Assembly (NCBI GenBank): GCA_963762125.1
Contig: CAVXJO010000012.1
Span: 26,392 to 90,391, forward strand
Length of the DNA: 64,000 nt
Direction: 5' to 3'
DNA from: an uncultured Thermoleophilia bacterium
GTDB lineage: Bacteria; Actinomycetota; Thermoleophilia; UBA2241
In this document: one piece after another, positions 47,501 through 56,784 of the stretch
Layout of the letters: each line of letters begins with the position of its first letter
Position numbering within the stretch: position 1 is the first letter of the stretch
Translations under genes and position numbers: made by a program
Notes under the pieces: model-generated
Seen by the model: the letters and a program-made list of their open reading frames with translations, nothing else
Databases searched by the model: none
What the model was told of the DNA's origin: nothing

Positions 47501-49423
47501 GCCCTGCTGTGGGCACTTGTCCGCGAGGGTAGGCGCTGCCGTCCTCGTAGCGCATAGTGGATGGCGTCGTGGACCCGGACCCCGTGCAGGTCCGCCGCCG
47601 TCCAGCCGAGCATCTCCTCGGCGACCGGATTCATGAAGGTCACCTGGCCCCGATGGTCGACGCCGAAGAGGCCTTCGCCGACCGACTCCAGCAGGTGACG
47701 GGCGCGCTCCTCCGCCTCCACGAGAGCGGCCTCGGCTCGCTTGCGCTGGGTCGTATCGCGCAGGACGCCTTCTACGCCCTGCACTTCTCCGCTGGGATCA
47801 CGGTAGAAGTTGGCCGTGACCGCGCCCTCGACGATCGTGCCGTCACGTCGCAGGAGGGTCACCTCGAAGTCGCTCGCCGAGCCGTCGCGCTCGATGCGCT
47901 CGAGAAGAGCGACGCGCTGAGACGGGTCTCTGTAGAACTCCTGCGCGAGGTCCATGCCGATGGCATCGTCCACTGAGTCGTAGCCGAGGACGCGCGCGAA
48001 CGATGGGCTGGCCATGATCAGCCGGCCTTCGCGGTCGGAGCGGTAGAAGACGTCGCCCATGCTCTCGAGCACCGAGCGGTGCTCCCGCTCGCTCTCGGCA
48101 AGCGTGAGCGCGTCGATGCGACGGCGCTCCTGCACGACGGAGAACCCGATCACCATGAGCGCGAGCAGCAGAGTGATGAGCAGCGGCACCAGGCGCTGCT
48201 CCGCCACTGTCCGGCGCCCACTCCGAGGCGTCGACGTCGACCCCCAGCACGCCGAGCACCCGCCCGCTGTACGGCTCGCGGACGGGGACGAACGCAGACG
48301 CCTCGACACCCCTTTCGTCCGAGTACGGACCGACGAGGACCGCCCGGCCGCCTCGAAACACCTCAGCCATGGCCGGTGACGCATCCCGGGCAGGAGACCC
48401 GGGCTCGGCGTGGGCCCTGTCGTTGGCTGGGAGCCCGTCGACGGCGAGCAAGATAGCGTCGCCCTTCTCCTGCATCAGGTAAAGCCGGCGGACGTCCGGG
48501 CTCGCCATGGTCATGAGCAGGAGCTGCTCGCGCAGCCGCTGGTAGTCCTTCGTACCGACGTCGGCCGGCGTCGCGGTCTCGGCGGCGAGCCTGTCGGGAT
48601 TGATCCCCCCGGTCACCAGCTGCGCTCTCCCCAGCAGGCTCTGTCTGGCATCGGAGTCGGCGTGGCGCCCCACGCGGGTCGCCGCATACAGGCCGCCGGC
48701 CAGCACCACGGCGAGGGTGAGGGCGACTCCGGCCTCGACCAGCAGCCCCTTACGGCCGAGAAGTCCCGGATGCTCTTCCTTGAGAAGGGTCCGAAAGCGG
48801 TACCAGAGGGCGAGCACGAACGGCACGGCGAAGCCCATGGCCAAGAGGTGGACGGGGAACCCTGACGCGTCGTGGAACCACGGCCGATTGATCCATTCCG
48901 CCGGCGGGAACGACGCCGGAGCGGGCACGCCGAACTCGACGACCACGACGCCGATCAGGCTCGCGGCTGCGACCATGAGAGGGCGCCGTTGTCTGTCGCC
49001 GCGGCGGGCGAACCGCCACATCCCCGCCGCCGCCCAGAGACCACCCACGACTCCCAGGAAGTAGCTCGCCGCGGCTTCGAACCCGGCAACCCCGGCGAGG
49101 AGGCCCGACGCGGAGAGGGCGGCCAGGACGGCGACCACCCACGGGCCGACCCTTCTGCCGCCGGCCGCGGCCCAGCAGCGTCGCGCGAACTCGAGGAGCA
49201 GCAAGCAGCCGACCGTGTAGGACGCCGTGTGGACGACCCCCGTAGCGGTCCAGCCCGGGAGCCCCACCGCGAGCAGATCGGCCGTGGATGAGATCGCCAT
49301 GCTCGCGGCAGACAGACCGAGCCAGCGCCACGGCAGCGGCGATGAGACCGTGGTCGAGAGCCCGAGCAACGCGGCCGCGACGACCGCCAGGCCGAGTGCA
49401 CTCACGAGGAGGACGAAGTCCAT
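44514..49423 (-). CDS. large hybrid sensor histidine kinase (membrane sensor domain, at least three PAS domains, HisKA, HATPase_c, two REC domains, Hpt), interrupted by at least five +1 frameshifts; this may be sequencing error or a pseudogene
   Basis: The track splits it into ORFs 47843..49516, 47401..48384, 45214..47301 and 44514..45254. My read-through gives these junctions. ...[24 protein letters not shown] joins at about 48203-48217. PAS ...[72 protein letters not shown] spans three shifts at 47383-47560. ...[40 protein letters not shown] joins at about 45296-45312. The H-box is [17 protein letters not shown] and the Hpt motif is [12 protein letters not shown]. Confidence 0.75.
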
Positions 49424-49688
49424 CTCGACCTGTGCCACCACGCACCACCCGCCTGTAGCCTGGATCGGTCGTCGCTCCCGGACTCTCTTGTGTGCTATCG
49501 GGGCAACGCGACTCACACTTGAACGTCAAGGTGAGAGGTTCGCGACCCGCGAGTGAGGGCGGGGGAGCGCCGGGTCTGCTACCGGAGCCGGCGCCCCGCA
49601 TGACACACAGAGCCTACGGGCAACAGAAGCCCAAGGGACCGGCGCCGCGGGCTCCGGCGACCCGAGCGCCACTCGCAAGGAGGACGAC

Positions 49689-50384
49689 ATGGACATCGGC
49701 ATCATCGGTTCGGGCCGCGTGGCACAGACTCTGGCCACGAAGCTGCTCGAGCTCGGCCACGCGGTCATGATCAGCTCCCGCGACCCGGCCAAGACCAAAG
49801 ACCTGGGCGACCGGGGCACGGTCCCCTCCGCGGACGAGTTCGCGGCGGCACAGCGAGCGGCCGGCCGCAAGGCGGCGGCGGGGAGCTTCGCCGCTGCCGC
49901 TGCCCACGGCGAAGTGGTCATGAACGCGACTCTCGGCGGCCGCTCCCTGGAGGCGTTGGAGGCCGCCGGCGCGGCCGATCTTGCGGGCAAGATCCTCATC
50001 GACGTCTCCAACCCACTCGACTTCTCCCAGGGCATGCCGCCCACACTGCTGTTCTGCAACAGCGACTCGCTCGGCGAGCGCGTCCAGGCGGCCTTGCCCG
50101 ACGCTCGCGTCGTGAAGTCGCTCAACACCGTGACCGCGCAGGTCATGGTCGACCCGCGCCAGCTGACCGAACCGACGACGATGTTCGTGTCCGGCAACGA
50201 CCAGCAGGCCAAGGACTGGGTCCAGCACGAGCTCCTCGAGGACTGGTTCGGCTGGGAGCAGGTGCTCGACCTCGGCGACATCACCTCCGCGCGTGCGCAG
50301 GAGATGTGGTTGCCTCTCTGGTTGCGGCTCATCGGTGCGACCGGGACCGCGGCCTTCAACCTTCGCATCGTCGCGTCGACCTAG
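49689..50384 (+). CDS. NADPH-dependent F420 reductase-like oxidoreductase (F420_oxidored family)
   Basis: MDIGIIGSGRVAQTLATKLLELGHAVMISSRDPAKT shows an N-terminal Rossmann GxGxxA motif typical of Npd/F420 reductases. Confidence 0.75.
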   Translation: MDIGIIGSGRVAQTLATKLLELGHAVMISSRDPAKTKDLGDRGTVPSADEFAAAQRAAGRKAAAGSFAAAAAHGEVVMNATLGGRSLEALEAAGAADLAGKILIDVSNPLDFSQGMPPTLLFCNSDSLGERVQAALPDARVVKSLNTVTAQVMVDPRQLTEPTTMFVSGNDQQAKDWVQHELLEDWFGWEQVLDLGDITSARAQEMWLPLWLRLIGATGTAAFNLRIVAST

Positions 50385-50459
50385 GCTCGGGCGCCACTCT
50401 GTGCCACAACCGCCCGCAGTGGGTACAAGGGCGTCAATCCACAGCCCCGAGGAGGATGC

Positions 50460-51515
50460 GTGCCCGAGGTCACCGATACCAGCGCCCGCGGCGAGCGGGC
50501 GGGCGAGAGTCTCGCCGAGTTCGTCCGGCGGCTGCCCAAGGCGGAGCTGCACCTGCACATCGAGGGCACGCTCGAACCCGAGCTTCTGCTGGAACTCGGC
50601 CGCCGCAACGGTGTCGACCTGCAGTGCTCCACGGCCGAGGAATGCCGCGCCCGGTACCGCTTCAGCGACCTCCGGAACTTCCTCGACATCTACTATGAGG
50701 GCGTGGCCGTCCTGGTCGAGGAACAGGACTTCCACGACCTGGCCGCGGCCTACGTGCGCAGGGTCGCCGCCGACGGCGCGAGACACGTGGAGGTGTTCTT
50801 CGACCCGCAGAGCCATGTGCCCAGGGGCGTCCCGTTCGGCGACGTCGTCGGCGGCATCACCCGGGCGCTGCGCCACGGTGAGACGGAGCTCGGCGTGACC
50901 TGGCGGCTCATCATGTGCTTCCTGCGCGACCGGCCGGCCGCCGAGGCCATGGAGATGCTCGAGCTGGCGCTGCCCCACCGGGACGTGATCGTGGGAGTCG
51001 GGCTCGACTCGGCCGAGCTGGGCCACCCTCCGGGCGAGTTCGCGGAAGTGTACGAGGCGGCCCGGGCGGCGGGCTTCGTCGCCGTCGCCCACGCCGGCGA
51101 GGAGGGCCCGCCCGAGTACATCACGGATGCCCTCGACCTGCTCAAGGTGCGCCGCATCGACCACGGGGTGGCCGCGATCGAGGACCTCTCGCTGCAGCAG
51201 CGACTCGCCGGTCTGCGTACCGCCCTCACCATGTGCCCACTCAGCAACCTCGGACTGCAGGTGACGCCCGATCTCTCGCAGCACCCACTCAAGAGGCTGC
51301 TCGACGCCGGGCTCGTCGTGACGGTGAACTCGGACGACCCGGCCTACTTCGGCGGCTACCTGCTTGACAACTACCTCGCCGTCCAGCGGGCGCTGGGGCT
51401 GAGCCGCACCGACCTCGCGCAGCTGGCCCGCAACTCGATCGCCGCGTCACTCCTGCCCGAGGCGCGCAAGGCCGAGCTCGACGCCGAGATCGACCAGGTG
51501 CTCGCAGGGAGCTGA
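50460..51515 (+). CDS. add: adenosine/adenine deaminase-family amidohydrolase
   Basis: LPKAELHLHIEGTLEPELLLELGRRNG...HAGEEGPPEYI...VNSDDPAYFG shows the conserved ADA metal-binding motifs. Confidence 0.85.
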   Translation: MPEVTDTSARGERAGESLAEFVRRLPKAELHLHIEGTLEPELLLELGRRNGVDLQCSTAEECRARYRFSDLRNFLDIYYEGVAVLVEEQDFHDLAAAYVRRVAADGARHVEVFFDPQSHVPRGVPFGDVVGGITRALRHGETELGVTWRLIMCFLRDRPAAEAMEMLELALPHRDVIVGVGLDSAELGHPPGEFAEVYEAARAAGFVAVAHAGEEGPPEYITDALDLLKVRRIDHGVAAIEDLSLQQRLAGLRTALTMCPLSNLGLQVTPDLSQHPLKRLLDAGLVVTVNSDDPAYFGGYLLDNYLAVQRALGLSRTDLAQLARNSIAASLLPEARKAELDAEIDQVLAGS

Positions 51516-51603
51516 GCCCGCGGGGCGGCTGCGTCGCCGCGGCCGCCGGCCGGTTCCGCCGGAGCCAGAAGACAACCGCGCCCGTCCGGAGTAAAGTCCG
51601 CGG

Positions 51604-52923
51604 ATGAGCTCCGAACCTGGACCCGAACCGGGCCACGGAAGCGAGCCGGAGCGTCCGCCGCGCCGGCGGCGACGCCGGCGCGCACTCCGCATCGGCATCG
51701 TGCTCGTCGTGATCGCCGCGATCTTCGCCGGTGCGTCCCTGGCCGCGGCCGCCTACACCGAGCGCAACAGCTTCTGCGAGCACGCCTGCCACGAGATGGC
51801 GCCCTACGGCGCGACCTGGGAGAAGTCGGCCCACCACCAGGTGGCCTGCGTGCACTGCCACATCAAGCCGGGCACGGTGCAGTTCGTGAAGGCCAAGGGC
51901 TCGGCGCTGCGCGAGGTCTGGGTCCACTTCACCGGCGACGTCAAGGCCCCGATCGCCGTGACCCGCCACATCCCGGACGCGACCTGCACCACCAGCGACT
52001 GCCACCCGAGCGGGAGCGTCCCCAGCCCGATCACCCTCGTCAGCGCGGCCGCCGCCAGCGCTTCGCCCTCGCCGGCCGCGTCCTCAGCCCCGCCTGTGAC
52101 CTTCTCCCACACGCAGCATCAGGACGGCATACCCTGCATCGACTGCCACTCCCAGGTAGTGCACACGAACGTCCCCGGCAAGCCCTTCATCGACCCGGCG
52201 AGCATGGCGTTCTGCCTGCGCTGCCACGACGGCAAGCAGGCCTCCGGCGCCTGCCAGACCTGCCACAAGGCACCCCACGCCCAGCGCGGGCCGTGCACGG
52301 ATTGCCACGAGCTCGGCTCCTGGACGTCCACCTTCAAGCATCCCGTGACTTTGGGTCCGCAGCACCAGAAGATCGTCTGCGAGAAGTGCCATACCAAGGC
52401 GAGCGCGTTGGAGGTCGGCTTTCCGGCCGGCTGCGTGAGCTGCCACGCCAAGGAGCACAAGACCGTCAAGCAGGTCCTCTGCGCACGCTGCCACGTCGCC
52501 ACGCACTGGAAGCCCTCGACGTTCGAGCACCCGCAGGCCGGCTGCCAAGACTGCCACACTCGTCCCCACCCAGACCGCGGCGCTTGCCTGCGCTGTCACA
52601 CCACGTCGTCGTGGGCCAACCACTTCCGGCACCCGGTGGCGCTCGGCGGTCCCCACGCGAGCTTCTCCTGTGAGAAGTGCCACACGAGCGGGCTCGACGC
52701 GCCCGGCAGGGACTGCAGCAGCTGCCACGGCAGCCGGCACGGCGGCCTCACCGACTGCGCCCGCTGCCACACGACCGGCTCGTTCGTCCCGTCGACCTTC
52801 GACCACCCGCCGGCAGGCGAGCACAGCGCCGGGTCGTTCCCGTGCAGCGCCTGCCACCCGAACGGGAACTTCACCGGCGCCTACTGCTCCTGCCACGGCG
52901 GCAACCCGCCGTCCGGCGACTGA
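51604..52923 (+). CDS. membrane-anchored multiheme c-type cytochrome (about 14 CxxCH plus variants; NapC/NirT-like N-terminal anchor module)
   Basis: Arg-rich N-terminus, then a TM helix, then CEHACH/CVHCH, then repeated units CxxCH...HP... (CIDCH, CLRCH, CQTCH, CTDCH, CEKCH, CVSCH, CARCH, CQDCH, CLRCH, CEKCH, CSSCH, CARCH, CSACH). Confidence 0.8.
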   Translation: MSSEPGPEPGHGSEPERPPRRRRRRRALRIGIVLVVIAAIFAGASLAAAAYTERNSFCEHACHEMAPYGATWEKSAHHQVACVHCHIKPGTVQFVKAKGSALREVWVHFTGDVKAPIAVTRHIPDATCTTSDCHPSGSVPSPITLVSAAAASASPSPAASSAPPVTFSHTQHQDGIPCIDCHSQVVHTNVPGKPFIDPASMAFCLRCHDGKQASGACQTCHKAPHAQRGPCTDCHELGSWTSTFKHPVTLGPQHQKIVCEKCHTKASALEVGFPAGCVSCHAKEHKTVKQVLCARCHVATHWKPSTFEHPQAGCQDCHTRPHPDRGACLRCHTTSSWANHFRHPVALGGPHASFSCEKCHTSGLDAPGRDCSSCHGSRHGGLTDCARCHTTGSFVPSTFDHPPAGEHSAGSFPCSACHPNGNFTGAYCSCHGGNPPSGD

Positions 52924-53011
52924 CGCCGCGGCCAGAGCGGCCGGACGGCCGGCGTCACTGCACTCCAGTCCTCTTCGCGGCCGTCGCCCAGCCCGACGAC
53001 GCCCGTCAGCG

Positions 53012-53785
53012 TCAGGCCGTGGCGCCGCCGTCGACGACCATGGTGCGGCCGGTGACGAAGCTGCCGTCGTCGCTCGCCAGAAAGGCGACGGCGGCGGCGA
53101 GCTCCTCCGGCCGGCCGATGCGCTTGAGCGGGTAGACGTCCTCCATGCCGGCCGTGTATGCGACCGGGTCGGGCGCCGCGGCGATGGCGTTCGCCAGCAT
53201 CGGCGTGTCGAAGATCGCCGGGCTGACGCTGCAGACGCGGATGCCGTCCGGGCCGTGGTCGATGGCCAAGGCGCGCGTCATCATCACGACCCCGGCCTTG
53301 GCGGCCGAGTAGACGGCCGCTCCCGGTTCGCCGTGGATGCCCGAGTCGCTGGCCAGATTGACGATGACGCCGGCCCGCCTCGGCACCATGTGCCGCAGCG
53401 CCGCCCTGCACATGAAGTAGGCGCCCTTGAGGCAGACGCCGACGCACCACTCCCAGTCCTCCTCACCGGTGTCGAGAATGGACTTCTCGAGCCAGACGCC
53501 GGCAGAGTTCACGAGGATGTCGAGACGTCCGTGGCAGGCGACGGTCTCGGCCACGAGGCGATCGCAGTCGGCCACCGAGCTCACGTCTCCCAGGACCACC
53601 GAGTGCTCGCCCGCGTGTGCGCGCGCTCGCGCCGCCGCGCGCGCGGCGACCGTCTCGGTCTTCTGACGGTCGCGACCGGCGATCGCGACCGTCACTCCCT
53701 CCTCCGCCAGCCGGTAGACGATCGCCTCACCAAGGCCCGAGGAGCCGCCGGTGACGAGGGCAACCTTGCCGTCCAGTCCGCGCAT
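53012..53785 (-). CDS. short-chain dehydrogenase/reductase (SDR)
   Basis: AGGAGG RBS; MRGLDGKVALVTGGSSGLGEA (TGxxxGxG); catalytic YSAAK. Confidence 0.85.
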   Translation of the reverse strand: MRGLDGKVALVTGGSSGLGEAIVYRLAEEGVTVAIAGRDRQKTETVAARAAARARAHAGEHSVVLGDVSSVADCDRLVAETVACHGRLDILVNSAGVWLEKSILDTGEEDWEWCVGVCLKGAYFMCRAALRHMVPRRAGVIVNLASDSGIHGEPGAAVYSAAKAGVVMMTRALAIDHGPDGIRVCSVSPAIFDTPMLANAIAAAPDPVAYTAGMEDVYPLKRIGRPEELAAAVAFLASDDGSFVTGRTMVVDGGATA

Positions 53786-53793
53786 ACTTCCTC

Positions 53794-54615
53794 CTACTGC
53801 GCCACGTAGCCGCCGTCGACCGGCAGCAACACGCCGGTGACGAAGCTCGCGTCGTCGCTGGCCAGGAACGCGACCGCCGCGGCCGCCTCGGAGGGCAGGC
53901 CGATGCGGCCGATCGGGTGCGCCTCGTTCAGCAGTTCCCGGTACGATTCGGGTGTCATGCCGATCTGGCACGACTCGCGCTCGAACAACGGCGTGTCGAT
54001 CTCGCCGCAACAGATGGCGTTGACGCGGATGCCGCGGGCGGCGTAGTCGAGCGCCATCTGCTTGGTGAGCAGGGCCACGCCGCCCTTGCTCGCGCAGTAG
54101 GCGGCCGCGGCGCGGTCGCCGACGAGGGCGGCGACGGAGGCGTTGTTGACGATCGCGCCGCCGCCCTGCGCGAGCATGACCGGCACCACGTGGTGGGCCA
54201 CGAGGTAGACCGCCCGCAGATTGACGCCGACCTGGCGGTCCCACGACTCCTCGTCGACCTCGTGCACCTCGCCGGGCTCGAAGATGCCGGCGTTGTTGAA
54301 GAGCACGTCGAGGCGCTCGTAGCGGGTGGCCACTCCCTCCACGAGCACCTTCACCTGATCGCCGCGCGTCACGTCGCAGCGCGCGGCGCTCGCAAGCTCG
54401 AGCCCGCGGTCGCGCAGCGCGACCGCCGCGGCCTCGCCGGTCTCACCGTCCAGGTCGGCGATCACGACCGCGGCTCCCTCTTCGAGGAGCCGCTCCGCCG
54501 TCGCCAGCCCGATGCCCGAGGCTCCGCCGGTGACCAGGGCGACCCTGCCCTCGAACCGGCGACAGGATGCGCGATCGGACCCGGACCCGGCGGCGGCGCC
54601 CCCCGCGCCGCTCAC
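53794..54615 (-). CDS. short-chain dehydrogenase/reductase (SDR), second paralog
   Basis: GRVALVTGGASGIGLATAERL; YCASK. The GTG start overlaps the upstream gene's stop as GTGA. Confidence 0.85.
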   Translation of the reverse strand: MSGAGGAAAGSGSDRASCRRFEGRVALVTGGASGIGLATAERLLEEGAAVVIADLDGETGEAAAVALRDRGLELASAARCDVTRGDQVKVLVEGVATRYERLDVLFNNAGIFEPGEVHEVDEESWDRQVGVNLRAVYLVAHHVVPVMLAQGGGAIVNNASVAALVGDRAAAAYCASKGGVALLTKQMALDYAARGIRVNAICCGEIDTPLFERESCQIGMTPESYRELLNEAHPIGRIGLPSEAAAAVAFLASDDASFVTGVLLPVDGGYVAQ

Positions 54616-55169
54616 GCGCCACTCTCCTGGACGGGCGCGACGGAGCCGGCGTGGTCGCGGGCCCTCTTGTACTCGGAGTCCATCTCGAGCGCACCGCCGG
54701 GGAACCCGTACTCCCTCTGCAGGCCCACGAAGTCGTCGCAGGTGAACGCCTGCGCCGGGAAGACCCCGGCCTCCGGATTGCCCTTGTACCCCGCCAGTCT
54801 GCCGGTAGCGAGGAGCTCCAGCGCGATCACGCCCGGGAACGCTGTCTGCGCCACCACGCCCTGCGTGCCGTAGAGCGCGACGCTCTCCTGGTTGTCGGCC
54901 ACCTGATAGAGATAGACCTGACGCTCCAACCCGTCCTTGCGCCCGCGGACCCAGGTGCCGGCGCAGGTCTGACCCACGTACCGCTTGCCGATCTCGTTGG
55001 GATCGGGCGCGGCGGCCTCGATCACGTCCCGCGGCCGCACCTCTTTGCCGCGCACGCTGACGGGCTTCAGCGCCATCGTCTCGAAGAGTTCGCCGCCCGG
55101 GTCGCGCCGTTTGGCGATCGCCGTCGTGGACTCCCCCACCCCGCCGCTGCCGACGATGAGCACCTTCAT
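54612..55169 (-). CDS. NAD(P)-binding Rossmann-fold protein (saccharopine-dehydrogenase-like N-terminal domain), 185 aa
   Basis: MKVLIVGSGGVGESTTAIAKRRDPGGEL...; first gene of the SDR operon. Confidence 0.5.
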   Translation of the reverse strand: MKVLIVGSGGVGESTTAIAKRRDPGGELFETMALKPVSVRGKEVRPRDVIEAAAPDPNEIGKRYVGQTCAGTWVRGRKDGLERQVYLYQVADNQESVALYGTQGVVAQTAFPGVIALELLATGRLAGYKGNPEAGVFPAQAFTCDDFVGLQREYGFPGGALEMDSEYKRARDHAGSVAPVQESGA

Positions 55170-55424
55170 GATCCATCCCCCCGACTTCCGTCGCTTCACG
55201 CGTCCGTTCCGGGCGCGTGGCCTCACGATACGTCGCGCCGGGCCGTCGTCAACGAGCGATTCTTGGGCAAACTGAGCGGCCGCGGCGCAGTCCGGCCGGA
55301 TGCGGCGGCCTCTTGGCAACTCGGCGCCCGGCGAGGGATCCGGCATGCAGGATGCGCCTCTCGGGTGGGGAACACCGACGAAACGCCCGCGAGGGCGTGC
55401 AGGGCACCTGAGGAGGAGCACGCC

Positions 55425-56576
55425 ATGTCCATCGGAGATATCTTTTCAAAGGCCTTCGAGCTGTGGAAACGCGACGTCCTGTGGTTGATACTCGCCGCGT
55501 TCGTCGTGGGCATCATCATGTTCGCGATCGTGCTGGTCGCAGGCGTCATCGTCATCGCCATCGGTGGCGCGGCGTTCGGACTCAGCTCGGGCAGCGACAC
55601 CATCACCGGGCTGAGCGTGGGCGTGATCGTGCTCGGCGTCGTCGTCTATATCGTCGCGCTGTTCCTTGTCGCGGCGATCGGGCTCGCCTTCTACGGCGGC
55701 GTGTTCGAGATGGTCATCGGCGCGGCCAAGGAGAACCGGCCGGTGGTCTTCGGCGACCTCTTCAGCGGTTTCAGGAAGTTCAGCTCCTACCTGGTGTTCG
55801 CCCTCGTGCTGGCCGGCATCGGCATCGGCTTCGTGATCTTGTCCGTCACCATCATCGGTATCCCGATCGCTCTCGTCCTCGGCATCTGGATCTCGGTGCT
55901 GTGGCTCTACGTGCTGCCGCTCATCGCCGACAAAGGTCTGACCTTCGGGGAGGCAGCCGGACGCAGCCGCGCCATGGTCAAGTCCGTCGGCTGGTGGAAG
56001 ACCTTCGGCATGATCATCCTGCTCGAGGTGGCGATCTGGGCCGTGCTGATCATCGCCCAGCTCATCACGAGCCCCCTCGGAAGCGACCCGGAGAGCGCCG
56101 GCTACGTCTTCCGCAACATCCTCTATGCCGTGGTGCAGGCAGTCGTCGTGCCCTACGCCATCTGCTACATCAGCGTGATGTACCTCGGGTCCGGTGGGGT
56201 CGCCGAGCCGGCCATCGCCGCGCCGCCGGCGCCGGGCGGTGGCTATGCGGTCCCTGCCGCGCCGCCGGCGCCGCCGGCTCCTCCCCAGGCGCCGGTGACG
56301 CCGGCCGCGGCCGCGACTCCCGCCGCGCCGGTCACGGCGCAGACGGCGGCGCTGCCGCCGACGCCGCCCCCGCCGGCGACCGGACCGGCCGGAGCCGCGG
56401 CCTCAGACGCCCGGACGACGGTGACCGAGGCTTCCGCCGAGGCCGAGACCGCCGAGGCCGACGCAGCTCAGACCGAGGCGACGGAGGCCACCGAGTCGGC
56501 GGTGCCCGAGCCGCCGGCCACGCCCGAGGCGCCTTCGGCGCCGACCAACCCGCCGGTACCACCACCGCTCAGCTGA
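55425..56576 (+). CDS. polytopic membrane protein (DUF975-like) with a long Pro/Ala-rich C-terminal tail
   Basis: GAGGAGGA RBS; MSIGDIFSKAFELWKRDVLWLILAAFVVGIIMF...; the tail is PAPGGGYAVPAAPPAPPAPPQAPVTPAAAATPAAP...NPPVPPPLS. Confidence 0.55.
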   Translation: MSIGDIFSKAFELWKRDVLWLILAAFVVGIIMFAIVLVAGVIVIAIGGAAFGLSSGSDTITGLSVGVIVLGVVVYIVALFLVAAIGLAFYGGVFEMVIGAAKENRPVVFGDLFSGFRKFSSYLVFALVLAGIGIGFVILSVTIIGIPIALVLGIWISVLWLYVLPLIADKGLTFGEAAGRSRAMVKSVGWWKTFGMIILLEVAIWAVLIIAQLITSPLGSDPESAGYVFRNILYAVVQAVVVPYAICYISVMYLGSGGVAEPAIAAPPAPGGGYAVPAAPPAPPAPPQAPVTPAAAATPAAPVTAQTAALPPTPPPPATGPAGAAASDARTTVTEASAEAETAEADAAQTEATEATESAVPEPPATPEAPSAPTNPPVPPPLS

Positions 56577-56599
56577 GGGGCCACGCAGCCCGACTTCCG

Positions 56600-56640
56600 C
56601 AGGGCCGGGGCTGCGTGCGCAGCCCCGGCCCTGTCTTTCG
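56600..56640 (+). terminator. perfect GC-rich palindromic hairpin followed by UCUUUCG
   Basis: cagggccggggctgcg-tg-cgcagccccggccctg, then tctttcg. Confidence 0.45.
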
Positions 56641-56784
56641 AGTCCGGTCGCGCCCACGACGTCCTTCCTCGGCACGCGCGCCACTGCCGGCCGCCGCACA
56701 AAGGCCAAGGCGGCGGCCGGCGGGACGGGGCAGCCGGGCCGGAGGCGAGGCGCGAACCGGCCGGACGCGGCGGCCTCCCGGCCC

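Noticed and set aside
54567-55424. N-terminal part of plus-strand ORF 54567..56576
   Set aside because: It is antisense to the SDR/Rossmann operon. The real membrane-protein gene starts at ATG 55425 with a good RBS.
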